From Octopus sinensis (taxonomy: Eukaryota), in the NCBI RefSeq assembly GCF_006345805.1, contig NC_043000.1, forward strand, positions 132,370,001 to 132,434,000: a stretch of DNA of 64,000 nt, given 5' to 3'. How positions within the stretch are numbered: position 1 is the first letter of the stretch; every line of letters starts with the position of its first letter. The translations under genes and the position numbers were made by a program. Positions 52,417 through 64,000 of this stretch are shown here, in pieces. The notes beneath the pieces were generated by a model, which had not been told where the DNA came from, made no database searches, and saw only the letters and a list, made by a program, of their open reading frames with translations.

Positions 52417-54406
52417 GTAATAATGATAATAATAATAATAATGATAATAATAATAATAATGATGATGATGATGATGATAATAATACCGAATTATAGAAAA
52501 ACAAAATTTTAAAACAGTGAGATGTTTAACATACATAACAATGAAAACAACCAGCCACAGTCAATGAATTTTGTGGTACTTAATGATACTGTAATACTTT
52601 ACGTATATTACCAGGGAGGTCAATATGGCTACCTACGCTATTGCTTATGGTATTGATAGCTCATCAGGCCCTCAATGAAAACCTCGTCATAATTACAAGA
52701 GCAAGTTTTGCTTCATACCATTCTCAGCTATTAAGTAACTACAACCATATTAGCTGGTCAATCAGGGATCGAATTCTGTTGTAAACTCTGTTTGTGTGGT
52801 TTACTGTTCAATCAGTGAGACGTTTTCAGTTGTTTCTGATACAATCAACTGAATCGATTCCCTATGTTTCTGGTACTTAATTTGCCCCTCATCAAAATTG
52901 ATGAAAAGCAAGGTGTCTTTGGTTGATATTATACTGGTATTGACTCTTTGAAATTTGGCTCTTTGTCAACTGGAAAGAAACTGTATGTATGTATGTATGT
53001 ATTTTGCGCGGGGACATAGAAAGAATCGGACTGAATACCCGATCGCGCGGTTAAACCATTGGGAGTGAAGGATTCCTAGCCTTTGTTAGGGCATCCTTCT
53101 AGGAGAAGGTAACTCAGGTAACTGGGATAACTCCGACATAAAACCTGCGGCTCAGTGGTTACTGATGATGTTGACTTGTTCTTCTTTTCGGTTTATGGTT
53201 GCTGTTGCTTAGTGAGTGAGATTGACTCAGTGCACAGCCTTTCCTCACTTTAAAAAAAAATCTTCTTGCACAGGTATTGCACGATAATGATATTGATTAA
53301 GCTTTGTGCAATGGCCATACTCGATAACGAAGGGGGCGGCCACCATGTATGTATGTATGTATGTATGTATGTATGTATGTATGTATGTATGTATATATGT
53401 ATGAATGTATGTATGTACGTATGTATGCATGTATGTATGTATGTATGTATGTATGCATGCATGCATATATGTATGTATGTATGTATGTAAGTATGTATGT
53501 ATGTATGTATGAATGAGTGTGTATGTGTGTGTGTATGCATATATCTTAATACATCAGAAGTATCAGCAGCATCAATGGCAAGAAAACAAAACAATGATCA
53601 ACAAAAAGACGAAACAAATAAAAATTCAATTATGAATACATAGAAATTTCACCAACTCCAATAAGACAAGAATTTCCAATGAGGACAATTATCGTTTTAT
53701 TTCTACGATAAAGGTCATGTGACCTCATAACAAAAAAAGTCAAAGGCAAATCTGTATAATGTACAACGTGGCAACAAGTGATGTTTTATGAGTTTACGTT
53801 TTTCCTGGAGTAGGAATCGTTTATTGTTACTTTACATGGTTGTAAAGTTTTCATATAGTTTATAATGTACAATTACATGAAATGTAATATATACATATAT
53901 ACATACATATATATATATATATACATACACACACACACATATGTGAATCTCATTGTTTTTCTGAAGTCGGAAGAAATGGCCGTAACAGTAAAAACAGTCG
54001 TTGTAAATGCCTTTGTGGCATTTAGTTCGGCACCTCGAAATTCTGTGTTCAAATTATCCCACCGGAGTCTATTTTGCATATCATCACTTTGGAGATCGAT
54101 AAAATAAGTACCAGTAATATACTGGAGTTGATTTCTTATACCCAATTCCTTTCCAAAATTGGTCATATATCATATATCCAGTGGAAAAAAACAAACAAAC
54201 CATTGCCTGGTATAGCATATCTCAGTGCATTGTTAAGATTTGCAACAAAGGGGCGAATCTTATTAAAATAACAAAGGTTTTTTTTTTATTGGAGTTAGAC
54301 CTCGCTGAGTGTATATTTTTACACGCAGGGATGTAAGGATGTATGTATGCGTATATGTGTAGTCTGCATTTGTATGTATGTATATATGTACATGTTATGT
54401 ATATAA

Positions 54407-54482
<76 letters not shown>

Positions 54483-54934
54483 GTATGCATATATGAATGC
54501 GTGCATGTAAAATCATAGAATACATGTATTAAGTTCACAAACTTTTGGACTGTTATGCTAATAGATTGAAAATCCAGGAAGCGGTCGAGCAAGTGCTTTT
54601 TCTTGTTAGAGAGCCTTCAGATACTAGGGTTATCAAGTAGGCATTTCTCTGTGTAGCCTAGGGCACCAGAAAGTATTCTCATAACATGTGTACAACTACA
54701 CACCTGTGCACGCAAAACGCACACACACACACACACACGTGTATAATATGAATTTATATATATACACATATCTACACATTTACATACATACATTATATAT
54801 ATATATATATGTATATAAATATATATATATACATATATACACACGTACAAACACACACATATACATTTATACACTCATATATTTATACACTTGTGTGTCT
54901 GTATGTTTGATATAAAGCATGTATGTAAAATTTT

Positions 54935-55340
<406 letters not shown>

Positions 55341-55863
55341 ATAAGATATTCAAGAATACTTGCTTGAGTACGAATGTTCCTGAGAGAAAGTGTGTGCGTT
55401 TTGTGTGCATGTGCGTGTACATGTACGTGTGCGTGTTTACTTGTGTTTGTGTTTGTGTATGTGTATGGATGAAATATTTATATTATACTGAAAATGGCTA
55501 CTAGCGACTGCCAGTTACACCGCTATAATTTCGGACATTGTTAATGATAAACCAAGGAATATTTTGTGTAAAGTAATGGCAGTTCTTGTCAGCGACACAT
55601 GGAACATTCTTCTTCTCTTCCCACTATTCTTTTTTTGTTTCCTAAACAGGTCGAGGATTAAGATTTTGGCGAGAACCATCATCGCTCTGTTGGGATCAAA
55701 GATTACAAGGCACCATGCATCAAATCGATATTAAGATGACATCATGCAACTGCAACTATTCACATACGAAATAATTTCATAATTCATCTCTTCGCGAATA
55801 TCTCTGCCTCTTCACCCACCCCCTCCACCATTATCTATTTTATCTTCTCATTCATTTCCTCCC

Positions 55864-55869
55864 TTTATT
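55864..55869 (-). promoter_or_regulatory. Candidate polyadenylation signal for the GPCR
   Basis: TTTATT on plus (AATAAA on minus), about 300 nt past the stop codon; unverified. Confidence 0.3.
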
Positions 55870-56171
55870 ATTTCTCTCCCCTCTTTCTCTCACACATCTT
55901 TCTCGTTCATCTCTCTTGCTAATTTCTCTGCTGTTCTAAATATATTTCCCATTCACAGAACGCTCACATCATCTCATTCCTTATCATTCTCTCCTTTCCT
56001 TTCATACTCTGTCGTTCTCTCTACAATTATTTTCCATACTAAATACACGCACAAGCGCGTGAACACGTACGTACGTATTCACACACTCACACACACACAC
56101 ATGCACACACACTTTCCCTTTTGTAGATCTCGTCGTCCATTCTCTCCCTAATGAAAGTCCCGTTGTTTAAA

Positions 56172-57320
56172 TCAGTTGGTCATTTCATATGTCTCTGCTC
56201 TAAGATGTCCGACCCCTCCGTTAATAGTCGGACTAGCTTCTATATCTAGCGGCAACGACTTACTGTATCGATAACCAACGGCATTCGAATGCTCATTTTT
56301 GCAATTTCTGGCTTGACGCACATTACGCCTCGTTTCAGATGGCGTTTGAAAACATGCTTTGCATAAAAAGAGATTGCTATAGGCATTACGTATATCTCTA
56401 TCAACAGTCCAGGCCAAAGGGTTAATGGCAAAACCACAGTGTGATATCCACATAAGGAGAGCATGTGCAACATCTAATTTATGCTTGTCACACTCTATGT
56501 TTTCACAAACTACTTGGATTATATGTGGGCTATAGATCCAGGGAAAACGTAATATAAAAAAAAAGACATTCACTGAACACAGAGCCATTATTTTGTTTCG
56601 TATGGAATTACCATCAATGTCCTTCACTAATCCATACGATCGAATTCCTTGTGAGCGAGAAACTAGACAGAAAATGACTAAGAATATGACTAGGATTGCG
56701 GTGCCAATTATTGAACACAAAGTGAAAATCGTTCGGATGACTTCTTGTTTGGGGATAAGAATACAAAGCGGTGCTTTTGGTGGTTTCAGAAAGCTAGTAT
56801 CCTCTCCCAGTATGTAAAGGGGTGGGATGACAGAAAATCCCAGAATCCAAGGAGCTGCAGTTAAAACCACTGCCATGTTGACATTCAAATGTTTAGTATA
56901 TTTCTCTGGGTTTGATACATACATTAGACGATCGATATTGACACATAAGAGGCACAGTGCAGAAACAACGAAGACTGTTGGTTCCAGTGTAGACCAGATC
57001 TCGCACCATATTCGTGAGAGCTTCCATTCAGAGAATGCTTGGTATCCGTGAAATGGATTAATTAGAACACCTTGCAGGAGATCAATCGTGGCATTGTTGG
57101 CAATTAGAATTTGTATTGTTGTCAATTTAGTTTTGGTGCATTGCAAGAGAATTGCTAGTAACAGCAAACCATTGAAAAGAACTACGCATCCGGCCAAGAT
57201 GAATGACCCAACAGCTTCGGCTAAATTGACTGTAACTTTGGTTTCCTCTACTTGGTAATCGAGAGTCCAGTTGAAATCGATTGGTACATCCCAGTCAATC
57301 TCGAAGTAGTCTGGTCTCAT
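56172..57320 (-). CDS. Class A (rhodopsin-like) 7TM GPCR, divergent aminergic-receptor-like orphan, 382 aa, uninterrupted coding exon
   Basis: Longest non-repetitive ORF; seven hydrophobic segments; N1.50, D2.50, P2.59, C3.25 plus ECL2 Cys, DR(L), W4.50, P6.50, W7.40, NP7.50; NWT sequon; helix-8 cysteines. Confidence 0.95.
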   Translation of the reverse strand: MRPDYFEIDWDVPIDFNWTLDYQVEETKVTVNLAEAVGSFILAGCVVLFNGLLLLAILLQCTKTKLTTIQILIANNATIDLLQGVLINPFHGYQAFSEWKLSRIWCEIWSTLEPTVFVVSALCLLCVNIDRLMYVSNPEKYTKHLNVNMAVVLTAAPWILGFSVIPPLYILGEDTSFLKPPKAPLCILIPKQEVIRTIFTLCSIIGTAILVIFLVIFCLVSRSQGIRSYGLVKDIDGNSIRNKIMALCSVNVFFFILRFPWIYSPHIIQVVCENIECDKHKLDVAHALLMWISHCGFAINPLAWTVDRDIRNAYSNLFLCKACFQTPSETRRNVRQARNCKNEHSNAVGYRYSKSLPLDIEASPTINGGVGHLRAETYEMTN

Positions 57321-57345
57321 CTGAAGAGAAAGGAAAGGATGTGTT
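57321..57345 (-). promoter_or_regulatory. 3' splice acceptor abutting the GPCR ATG
   Basis: Minus strand reads GTAACACATCCTTTCCTTTCTCTTCAG|ATG. Confidence 0.75.
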
Positions 57346-57419
57346 ACTTAAACTTGTAAACCATGATACATACATACAAACGTACATGCATATAAAAATA
57401 CATATGTTTTTGTCAAAAA

Positions 57420-57818
57420 GCATTCTTTTCTATTCCAAGCATAAAGCTCGCAATTTTGGGGGAGAGGGCCAGTCGATTTGATCGACCCAGAACGCAGCTG
57501 GTACTTAATTTATCGACCCCAAAACATGAAAGGCAAAGTCGACCTCGGCGGAAATTGAGCTCAGAGTATAAAGACAGACGAAATACCTATTTCTGTATTA
57601 CCCACAAGGGGCTAAACACAGAGCGGACAAACAAGGACAGACATAGGTATTAAGTCGATTACATCGACCCCAGTGCGTAACTGGTACTTAATTTATCGAC
57701 CCCGAAAGGATGAAAGGCAAAGTCGACCTCGGCGGAATTTGAACTCACAACGTAACGCAGACGAAATACCGCTAAGCATTTCGTCCGGCGTGCTAACGTG
57801 TCTGCCAGCTCGCCGCCT
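57420..57818 (-). mobile_element. Dimeric SINE (full B + headless B') within one TSD
   Basis: TTTTTGTCAAAAA at 57407-57419 and 57819-57831; core block repeated at 57470-57560 and 57650-57750. Confidence 0.85.
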
Positions 57819-58389
57819 TTTTTGTCAAAAAATATTAAACAATATAAGAAACTCTGTGTGTGTGTGTGTCTGTCTGTCTGTTGGCGTATGTATGCATGTA
57901 TGTATATGTTCATATATTTTAGAAATTAACAATGGCTTTAATTCTAATTTTTAAAAAAGATAGCGGATGTTTATAACGATTGAAAATGCATTCATTAATT
58001 TAATCTTCCTAATCACAAACACATTCTTTGTTGGTAGATGTGTACAGCAGATCTGTTGAATGTAACCAACTAAATAACTATTGCTTATTTTATGAATCTC
58101 TGGAAAAATGAGAACAATGTTGACCCTGTCGGAATTTGAACTCAAAAGCCGGTGGGGCCTAGCTACATATTATCAGGCTCCAGATCAGGTGTTCTCTCCT
58201 TCTTACCAACCTCACTGCCTTTTACTAAAGCTGTCACTCGCAAGCAAGTATGACCTGACAGCATATACCATGCTTTCGCTAATTGTTTTAGGGGCCTATG
58301 TTGTCGCGAGCAGACAAACACCTTCTCAGCTCTCCAATCTCTTGACACGGCGAAACATCGAGAAAGTGGCAAAAGGGGAAAATGGTTTG

Positions 58390-58545
58390 TACCAGTCGTC
58401 GGTTGGTACTAAATTTCAGCTGAGTAGACTCGAACAACGTGAAATGAAACGTCTCGTTCAAGAACACCTCACGCTGTCTAGCCCAGGAATCAAACCCATG
58501 ACCTCATAAACGTGAGTCCAACACCCTAACCACTAGGCTACGTAC
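58390..58545 (-). mobile_element. SINE family D 5' part
   Basis: tRNA-like head (reverse complement of CCCTAACCACTAGGCTA) plus CAGCTGAGTAGACT..AACGTGAAATGAAA block. Confidence 0.6.
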
Positions 58546-59679
58546 TTTCACACAAGAAACAGAAGCAGCAGCGACAACAATACAAGCAAGCATCTTAGAA
58601 TGATTATAAAAGTTATTTGTTGTTTTTAAACAAAACTCCTGTTGTATAAAAATTATAAAACATAACGCTCTTGGAAAAGAAATGGTAGCATTTCATTCCT
58701 GTTTATCAGATCTAGAAAGCATATGAAACCCCATGCTGTTTACATTTCATCGAGTTTTTCCATTTTCATCATTTCTTTTAGATCGAACATGGCTAATCTC
58801 ACATAATTCAATGGAAAAAAATTGAAAGTGTATTATCTTTTTTCTCTCGAGGGGAATAGAAAAAAGAACCCCAACATTTTGGGCATACCTAGAGTTTTTA
58901 ATCTCGTCCATCTTGTCCCTTGTTAGATCAAGTTTTATTAAGTATTTTCTGTTACTATAAATACGATCAAGGTAACCAAATGATACAGAATTGGATTGTT
59001 TATGTTAGCTTCCATTATTTAGCTTCAGTTTTAAGTTATGAGTTAAAATACTGGTGGAGTTAATTTTAGCGATAAATTAATTCTTTATAAGATTAGTCTT
59101 ATACCCAAGAAGGCTCCAGTTATTACTGCTATATCTAATTTGTCGAAATTAAAGAAACAATTGAACATATCAACCTTGGTTCGGTCTTTTGCCCCCAAGA
59201 AAAATCCTCTATAGAGTAATGATTTTGCTATTCTTTTCGGAAACATATTCGCACAAGGAAACTTTCACTTTCCTTCAATAATAATTTCTCATTTTTTCAC
59301 TGGGATTTATTTGGGAAGAATGACAGTTTTCAGAGTAAGCAAAGGAACAGAAACCATAAACAGAAATCGCTATGAATGTTATTCGTAATGAACTGATTTA
59401 TGCACTTGGCAAGTTGTCACCACTACTAAATGATATGTTTTTTTTTAAATATATTTTCTGCTTATTGAATATTAGAATGGGTTGGCAAATACTTTTTGGT
59501 TCTAGAAGTATGACTTTCAAAACTGAATGCAACATTATTCGAACTTTGAAAAGTAAAAGCATTTACATCATCATCAGCCTTCCCCTACTCCCTTGGACAC
59601 TATTGTCTCGAGTTCTAGGACTCATAGTACCGGTAGTCCTGTTTCTATGTATAAGTGACCGACATCACAATATTCACCC

Positions 59680-59840
59680 TCAACGAATTGCAGGGTTACT
59701 CATTTACAGCTGAGTAGACTGGAGCAACATGAAAAGAAATAACTTATTCAAGAACTCAACACAACGTCCTGTCCAAGAATAGAAACCACAATCTTGCGAT
59801 TGTGAGTGCAACAACCTAACTACCAAGCCATACTCCTATG
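59680..59840 (-). mobile_element. SINE family D 5' part
   Basis: CTCATTTACAGCTGAGTAGACTGGAGCAACATGAAA block and tRNA-like head remnant. Confidence 0.6.
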
Positions 59841-61689
59841 GGGGAGGAAGGGGGGGGGGGAGAAAATTCATTCTACAGTTACAAAACACACTGTTACCGT
59901 TTAAATTCGGAGTTTTGTCACATATTCATTCATATTAGTCAAACTAAATATGTTTTCTTATATAGAATTCAATACGTTACACGCAGTTTCATTTTATCAT
60001 TTTAAGATAATATTTAAAAAATTGGCTGCAGATCAACGCGCACCAACAAGAAAACATAAGCATTGGCACATTCGCCGCTAGTCTAAAACACAAACAAACA
60101 AAGCAATATTACAAACAAATAAATAATAAATAATTTATTATAATTAAAGGAGAAGGCATTCTCCGAAGTCGCAATACAAAAAATTAGTGCAATTGATACG
60201 GGGGTAGCTCTAACTGAAGAGATGCAACCAGATCGAAACACCGGCCTCCCAAAGTCTCCCAACACGAATGAATCGAGTGCATTGCCAACATACATCGTCT
60301 GAAAGGAGGTGTTCTATGAAGACAAAATACAAATGGTTTTAAATGATCCACGTCCAAATCTACCGGAGCGAAATAAGAATGATTCTGTGCGTCATTGTTT
60401 CGATTCTCACAATTCCAGATAGTAAAAAAAAGGGTTGGGACTGCAGATCTTTAGAAATGGTGATGTTTATGCCATTAGCGACGTTATGGAAATGGATTTG
60501 TCACAAGTGAGAACCGAAATAGTATCGTAAGCTCGGTCTCAGTTCAATACAACGAATCTAAAAAAAAGCAACCAATGATTTTCTTTGGCGGCAAATAGAA
60601 TTAGTTTAATGAAGGAAGTGTTAAAATAGATAATGTAGTAAATATTTTTAAAATCTCAAAAAGACAATATTAGTCAATGCACAGTGAATAACTCCGGGCA
60701 TGTTTCGATCTTATCAAACCTACTCAGGGAGTCATAAGAATGAGGTGATAAGAGAAATGCTAAGTAAATGCTGTACATGAGTAGTTGTGAAAAGTAGTTT
60801 ATTTTAGAGAATGAATTATAAGAGAAATTACCTAGGGACGTCAACTGCATAAAAAACCCACAACTTTTGTCTATATAGATTCAATTGAAATATCATACGA
60901 AAATTTGTTTTATCCTAACTGGAAAATTAAATAATCGTTAAAGAGAGCATTTGAAACTTAGCACAGTATCAAAGTTTTTTTACAGACTAGGCCAAAAATA
61001 CAGCCCCACGATGGGCTATACAATTAAATATTGTGGCTACTATTGTTTAGCATTAGATCGGTTCTGGACGAGCAGAACTACGATCAAGGGCAGTCCAACC
61101 CTGACCGTTTCGTTCTTTAATGAATAAATAGAACCACTTTATTTAATATGTCCTGTCTTTATACATAACAGTAGGATGTGATTTGAGAGAATTAGCTGCT
61201 GTTTCTAGCAGGTGTAACGATCACTTAGATGTTTTCATTCATTGGCTAGTACCAAGTCATGTGATGTCTATGTAGGATAACGTAACTAGTGCAGTCTAAT
61301 TGTTCTTATTTTCTTACTCCAGTCTCTGAGAGATACACGTGTTAAACCTTTTAACATCGTGTTTGACTATTCTTCTCAAGTTTCCTCCTAAGTTCCCACC
61401 TCACCACCACTTTCAAAGCAACCGCTACTACAACACCTCAGCAGTAGTAGCAACAAGAATAGCAACAACAACAACAACAACAAATATAAAGGAAAAAAGC
61501 AACAAAAAGCATTACTACTGCTGCCTCCACCACCGCCGCCGACACCACCACCACCACCACTACCACAATGGTACCCAGCAGGCGTTTAGATCTAGGTCAG
61601 GATGGGAAGGTTCATCGACTGCTCTACCGAGTCCTAGTGACCCAGTGACCCAACTGTAGCCGGCGAATCAGCATCATCATCGCCAACCT

Positions 61690-61905
<216 letters not shown>

Positions 61906-62441
61906 AACATCTGAGTTTCTTTTGGGGTTACTATGGTAACAGTAGTTTAATGAACTCTATATGACCGCCGCCAACACTAATAATATTCCAGACTTCAATA
62001 ATAATAATTGTTTTTTTTTCTTCATTATTATTACTATTATTATTATTATTATTATCTTGACGTTTGGTGTTTGTGCGGGAGGAGGAATAAGGAGGTTGTG
62101 GCGTTCTTGTCATTCCAAGAAGTACCAGTAGCCAAATTGAAGCAATGTGACATTTATCCTGATTTAATACCAGAGATCAAGAACTCTGTAAGAAGCTTAC
62201 TCTTTGGCGCTTACCTTCAGAAATGATTAAACTGATTTCCAGCTTTCGCTGAATACAAGGTGTTTAGATGACAAAAACGATCGAGGTTCAGTAGTTTAAC
62301 TAATTATATTGGTGAGGAAAGGTTAAGGTTAACATGACAGAGTTTGGCTCGGAACGTAGAGTGACAATTCTCTACATAAAATATATTGATATCAACTTAA
62401 CTATTGCTTTTCATGTCGATATGATTCCTAAGTTCCTTAAT

Positions 62442-63249
62442 GGGCGTAGGAGTGGCTGTGTGGTAGGTATCCGGCCAGGGGTTAGTTAACTTTTTTTTAG
62501 TTACCACTACAGTAGTAAGATCAGGCTGGAGAAGAGGCACCTGTCACGAGACAGATTCATGAGAAGATGGAAGCCTGTGGCGAGGAAGCTGGGAGTGTTT
62601 GACACCAGGTAAGTGGAAGCCAAAAACAGGAAAGAAAAAGCAAGGGGTCTACCCTGGTGGTCGGATGCCTATCCTTCAGAGAAGCCATTACAGATTTCAT
62701 TTGTAATGAGCAACGCTTAAGTCAAAAGTTATAAACATATTCATTAAATTATAGTATTTTTAATTTGTAAATATTTAATCGCTACAGCTACTTCACTCTT
62801 TTATGTTTGTTCTTGTTCGTCCCCTCTTTGTATTGCCTTCAGGGCAAATATTTATGAAATAAAGTAGCTTGCTTACGAACCACATAGTTCCGGGTTCAGT
62901 CCCACTGCGTGGCACCTTGGGCAAGTGTCTTCTACTATAGCCTCGAGCCGACCAAAGCCTTGTGAATGGATTTGGTAGACGGAAACTGAAAGAAGCATGT
63001 CGTATATATGTATATATATGTATGTTTGTGTGTATATATTTGTGTGCCTGTGTTTGTGCCCTCAACATCACTCGACAACCGATGCTGGTGTGTTTATTTC
63101 CCCGTAACTTAGCGGTTCGCAAAAGATACCGATAGAATAAGTACTAGGCTTACAAAGAATAAATCCTGGGTGTCGATTTGCTCGACTAAAGGCGGTGCTC
63201 CAGCATGGCCACAGTCAAATAACTGAAACAAGTAAAAGAGTAAAGAGTA
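62442..63249 (+). mobile_element. SINE family A split in its head by a LINE insertion
   Basis: GGGCGTAGGAGTGGCTGTGTGGTA (62442-65) resumes as AGTAGCTTGCTTACGAACC at 62863. Confidence 0.88.
62466..62862 (+). mobile_element. Tx1/L1-clade-like LINE 3' end
   Basis: QGLVNFF/YHYSSKIRLEKRHLSRDRFMRRWKPVARKL..* resembles Tx1-type ORF2 C-termini (recognised from memory); 3' UTR ends GAAATAA. Confidence 0.6.
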
Positions 63250-63784
63250 ATCTTTAAGCAGTTTGTATTTCACAACACTAACATGTGTATGTGTCTGTAT
63301 GTTGTATATAATGAACCTTTCATCATTACTTCTGCAAGTACTGTGAAATCTATGCTTCCATGATGAGGTCAGGATAAAATTGGAAGAGGCCCAGATTTGT
63401 CTCCCACACTTGCAGAAATAATCAAATTTATATTACTCATTGATTAACAGTGCCTCTTTTACCCCTCGCCGCATAATTATTTCTAATTATTCACCCGGTT
63501 TAACTCAACAAGCGGGTACCTTTGATATCTTTAATGAAGCCTACTCAGTCGAAAACATTCGGAACAGGTCTCTGGTTTTAAGATACCCCCTCTCTCTCTC
63601 TCCCTCCCACCAGTCTCGATAGCTTTGTAAAGGGTCATTGGCTGCCTTTCTTTCTGACTAAGAGATAAAATCTTAGCTAAATACGGAAAACTTTTTAGAT
63701 GGCGATCCACCGTTTCTGCCACTTTATCGCTCGACCGACTGTCACCAAACGCAGTCATACGATAATAATGATAATAACGACGAC

Positions 63785-63960
63785 GACGACAATGATGATG
63801 ATTGTTTCAAATTTTGACCCAAGGATAGCAATTTTAAGGGGAGGTGGTTAGTTGATCGCATTAACCTCAGTTCTTGTCTGGTACTTATTCTAATTGACTC
63901 TGAAAGGATGAAAAACAATGTTGACTTCGATGGAATTTGAACTCAGAATGTAAAGAACCC
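63785..63960 (-). mobile_element. Degraded SINE B'
   Basis: CTGGTACTTATTCTAATTGACTCTGAAAGGATGAAAA..TGGAATTTGAACTCAGAATG. Confidence 0.65.
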
Positions 63961-64000
63961 TGACTAAAGATTATAAGGAATATTGTTTGTTCCTTCTCGA

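Noticed and set aside
60214-60248. CUGAAGA-GAU..AUC-GAAAC hammerhead-like motif
   Set aside because: No NUH triplet or helix I; compatible with chance.

Overview
AT-rich, repeat-saturated eukaryotic genomic DNA, most likely an octopod cephalopod (Octopus-like). This is inferred from the tRNA-derived SINE families and the very high microsatellite density, not from a database hit. Only one convincing protein-coding segment is present: a 382-aa class A (rhodopsin-like) GPCR on the minus strand (56172-57320). It derives from the aminergic-receptor scaffold but has several rare motif changes, and a splice acceptor sits directly before its ATG. The rest is transposon debris and simple repeats. There are four SINE families (my labels A-D; B' is a B variant with a different tail), fragments of CR1/L2-like, RTE, R4/Dong-like and Tx1-like LINEs, a hAT (Buster/ZBED5-like) fossil, mariner fragments and MITEs. 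Nearly all other listed ORFs are microsatellite or TE artefacts. The top observations are: (1) a 214-bp near-perfect inverted repeat (43539-44049) whose arms each carry a complete type I hammerhead ribozyme core, within a 40-47 kb cluster of Penelope/retrozyme-like fold-backs and minimal hammerhead-like motifs; (2) a 4,956-bp non-coding composite DNA transposon (17910-22865) with ~258-bp TIRs and an 8-bp TSD; (3) one SINE head carrying three different tails; (4) a Tx1-like LINE 3' end inside a SINE head whose 3' UTR matches the tail of another SINE family. TE boundaries are approximate unless a TSD or TIR is quoted.
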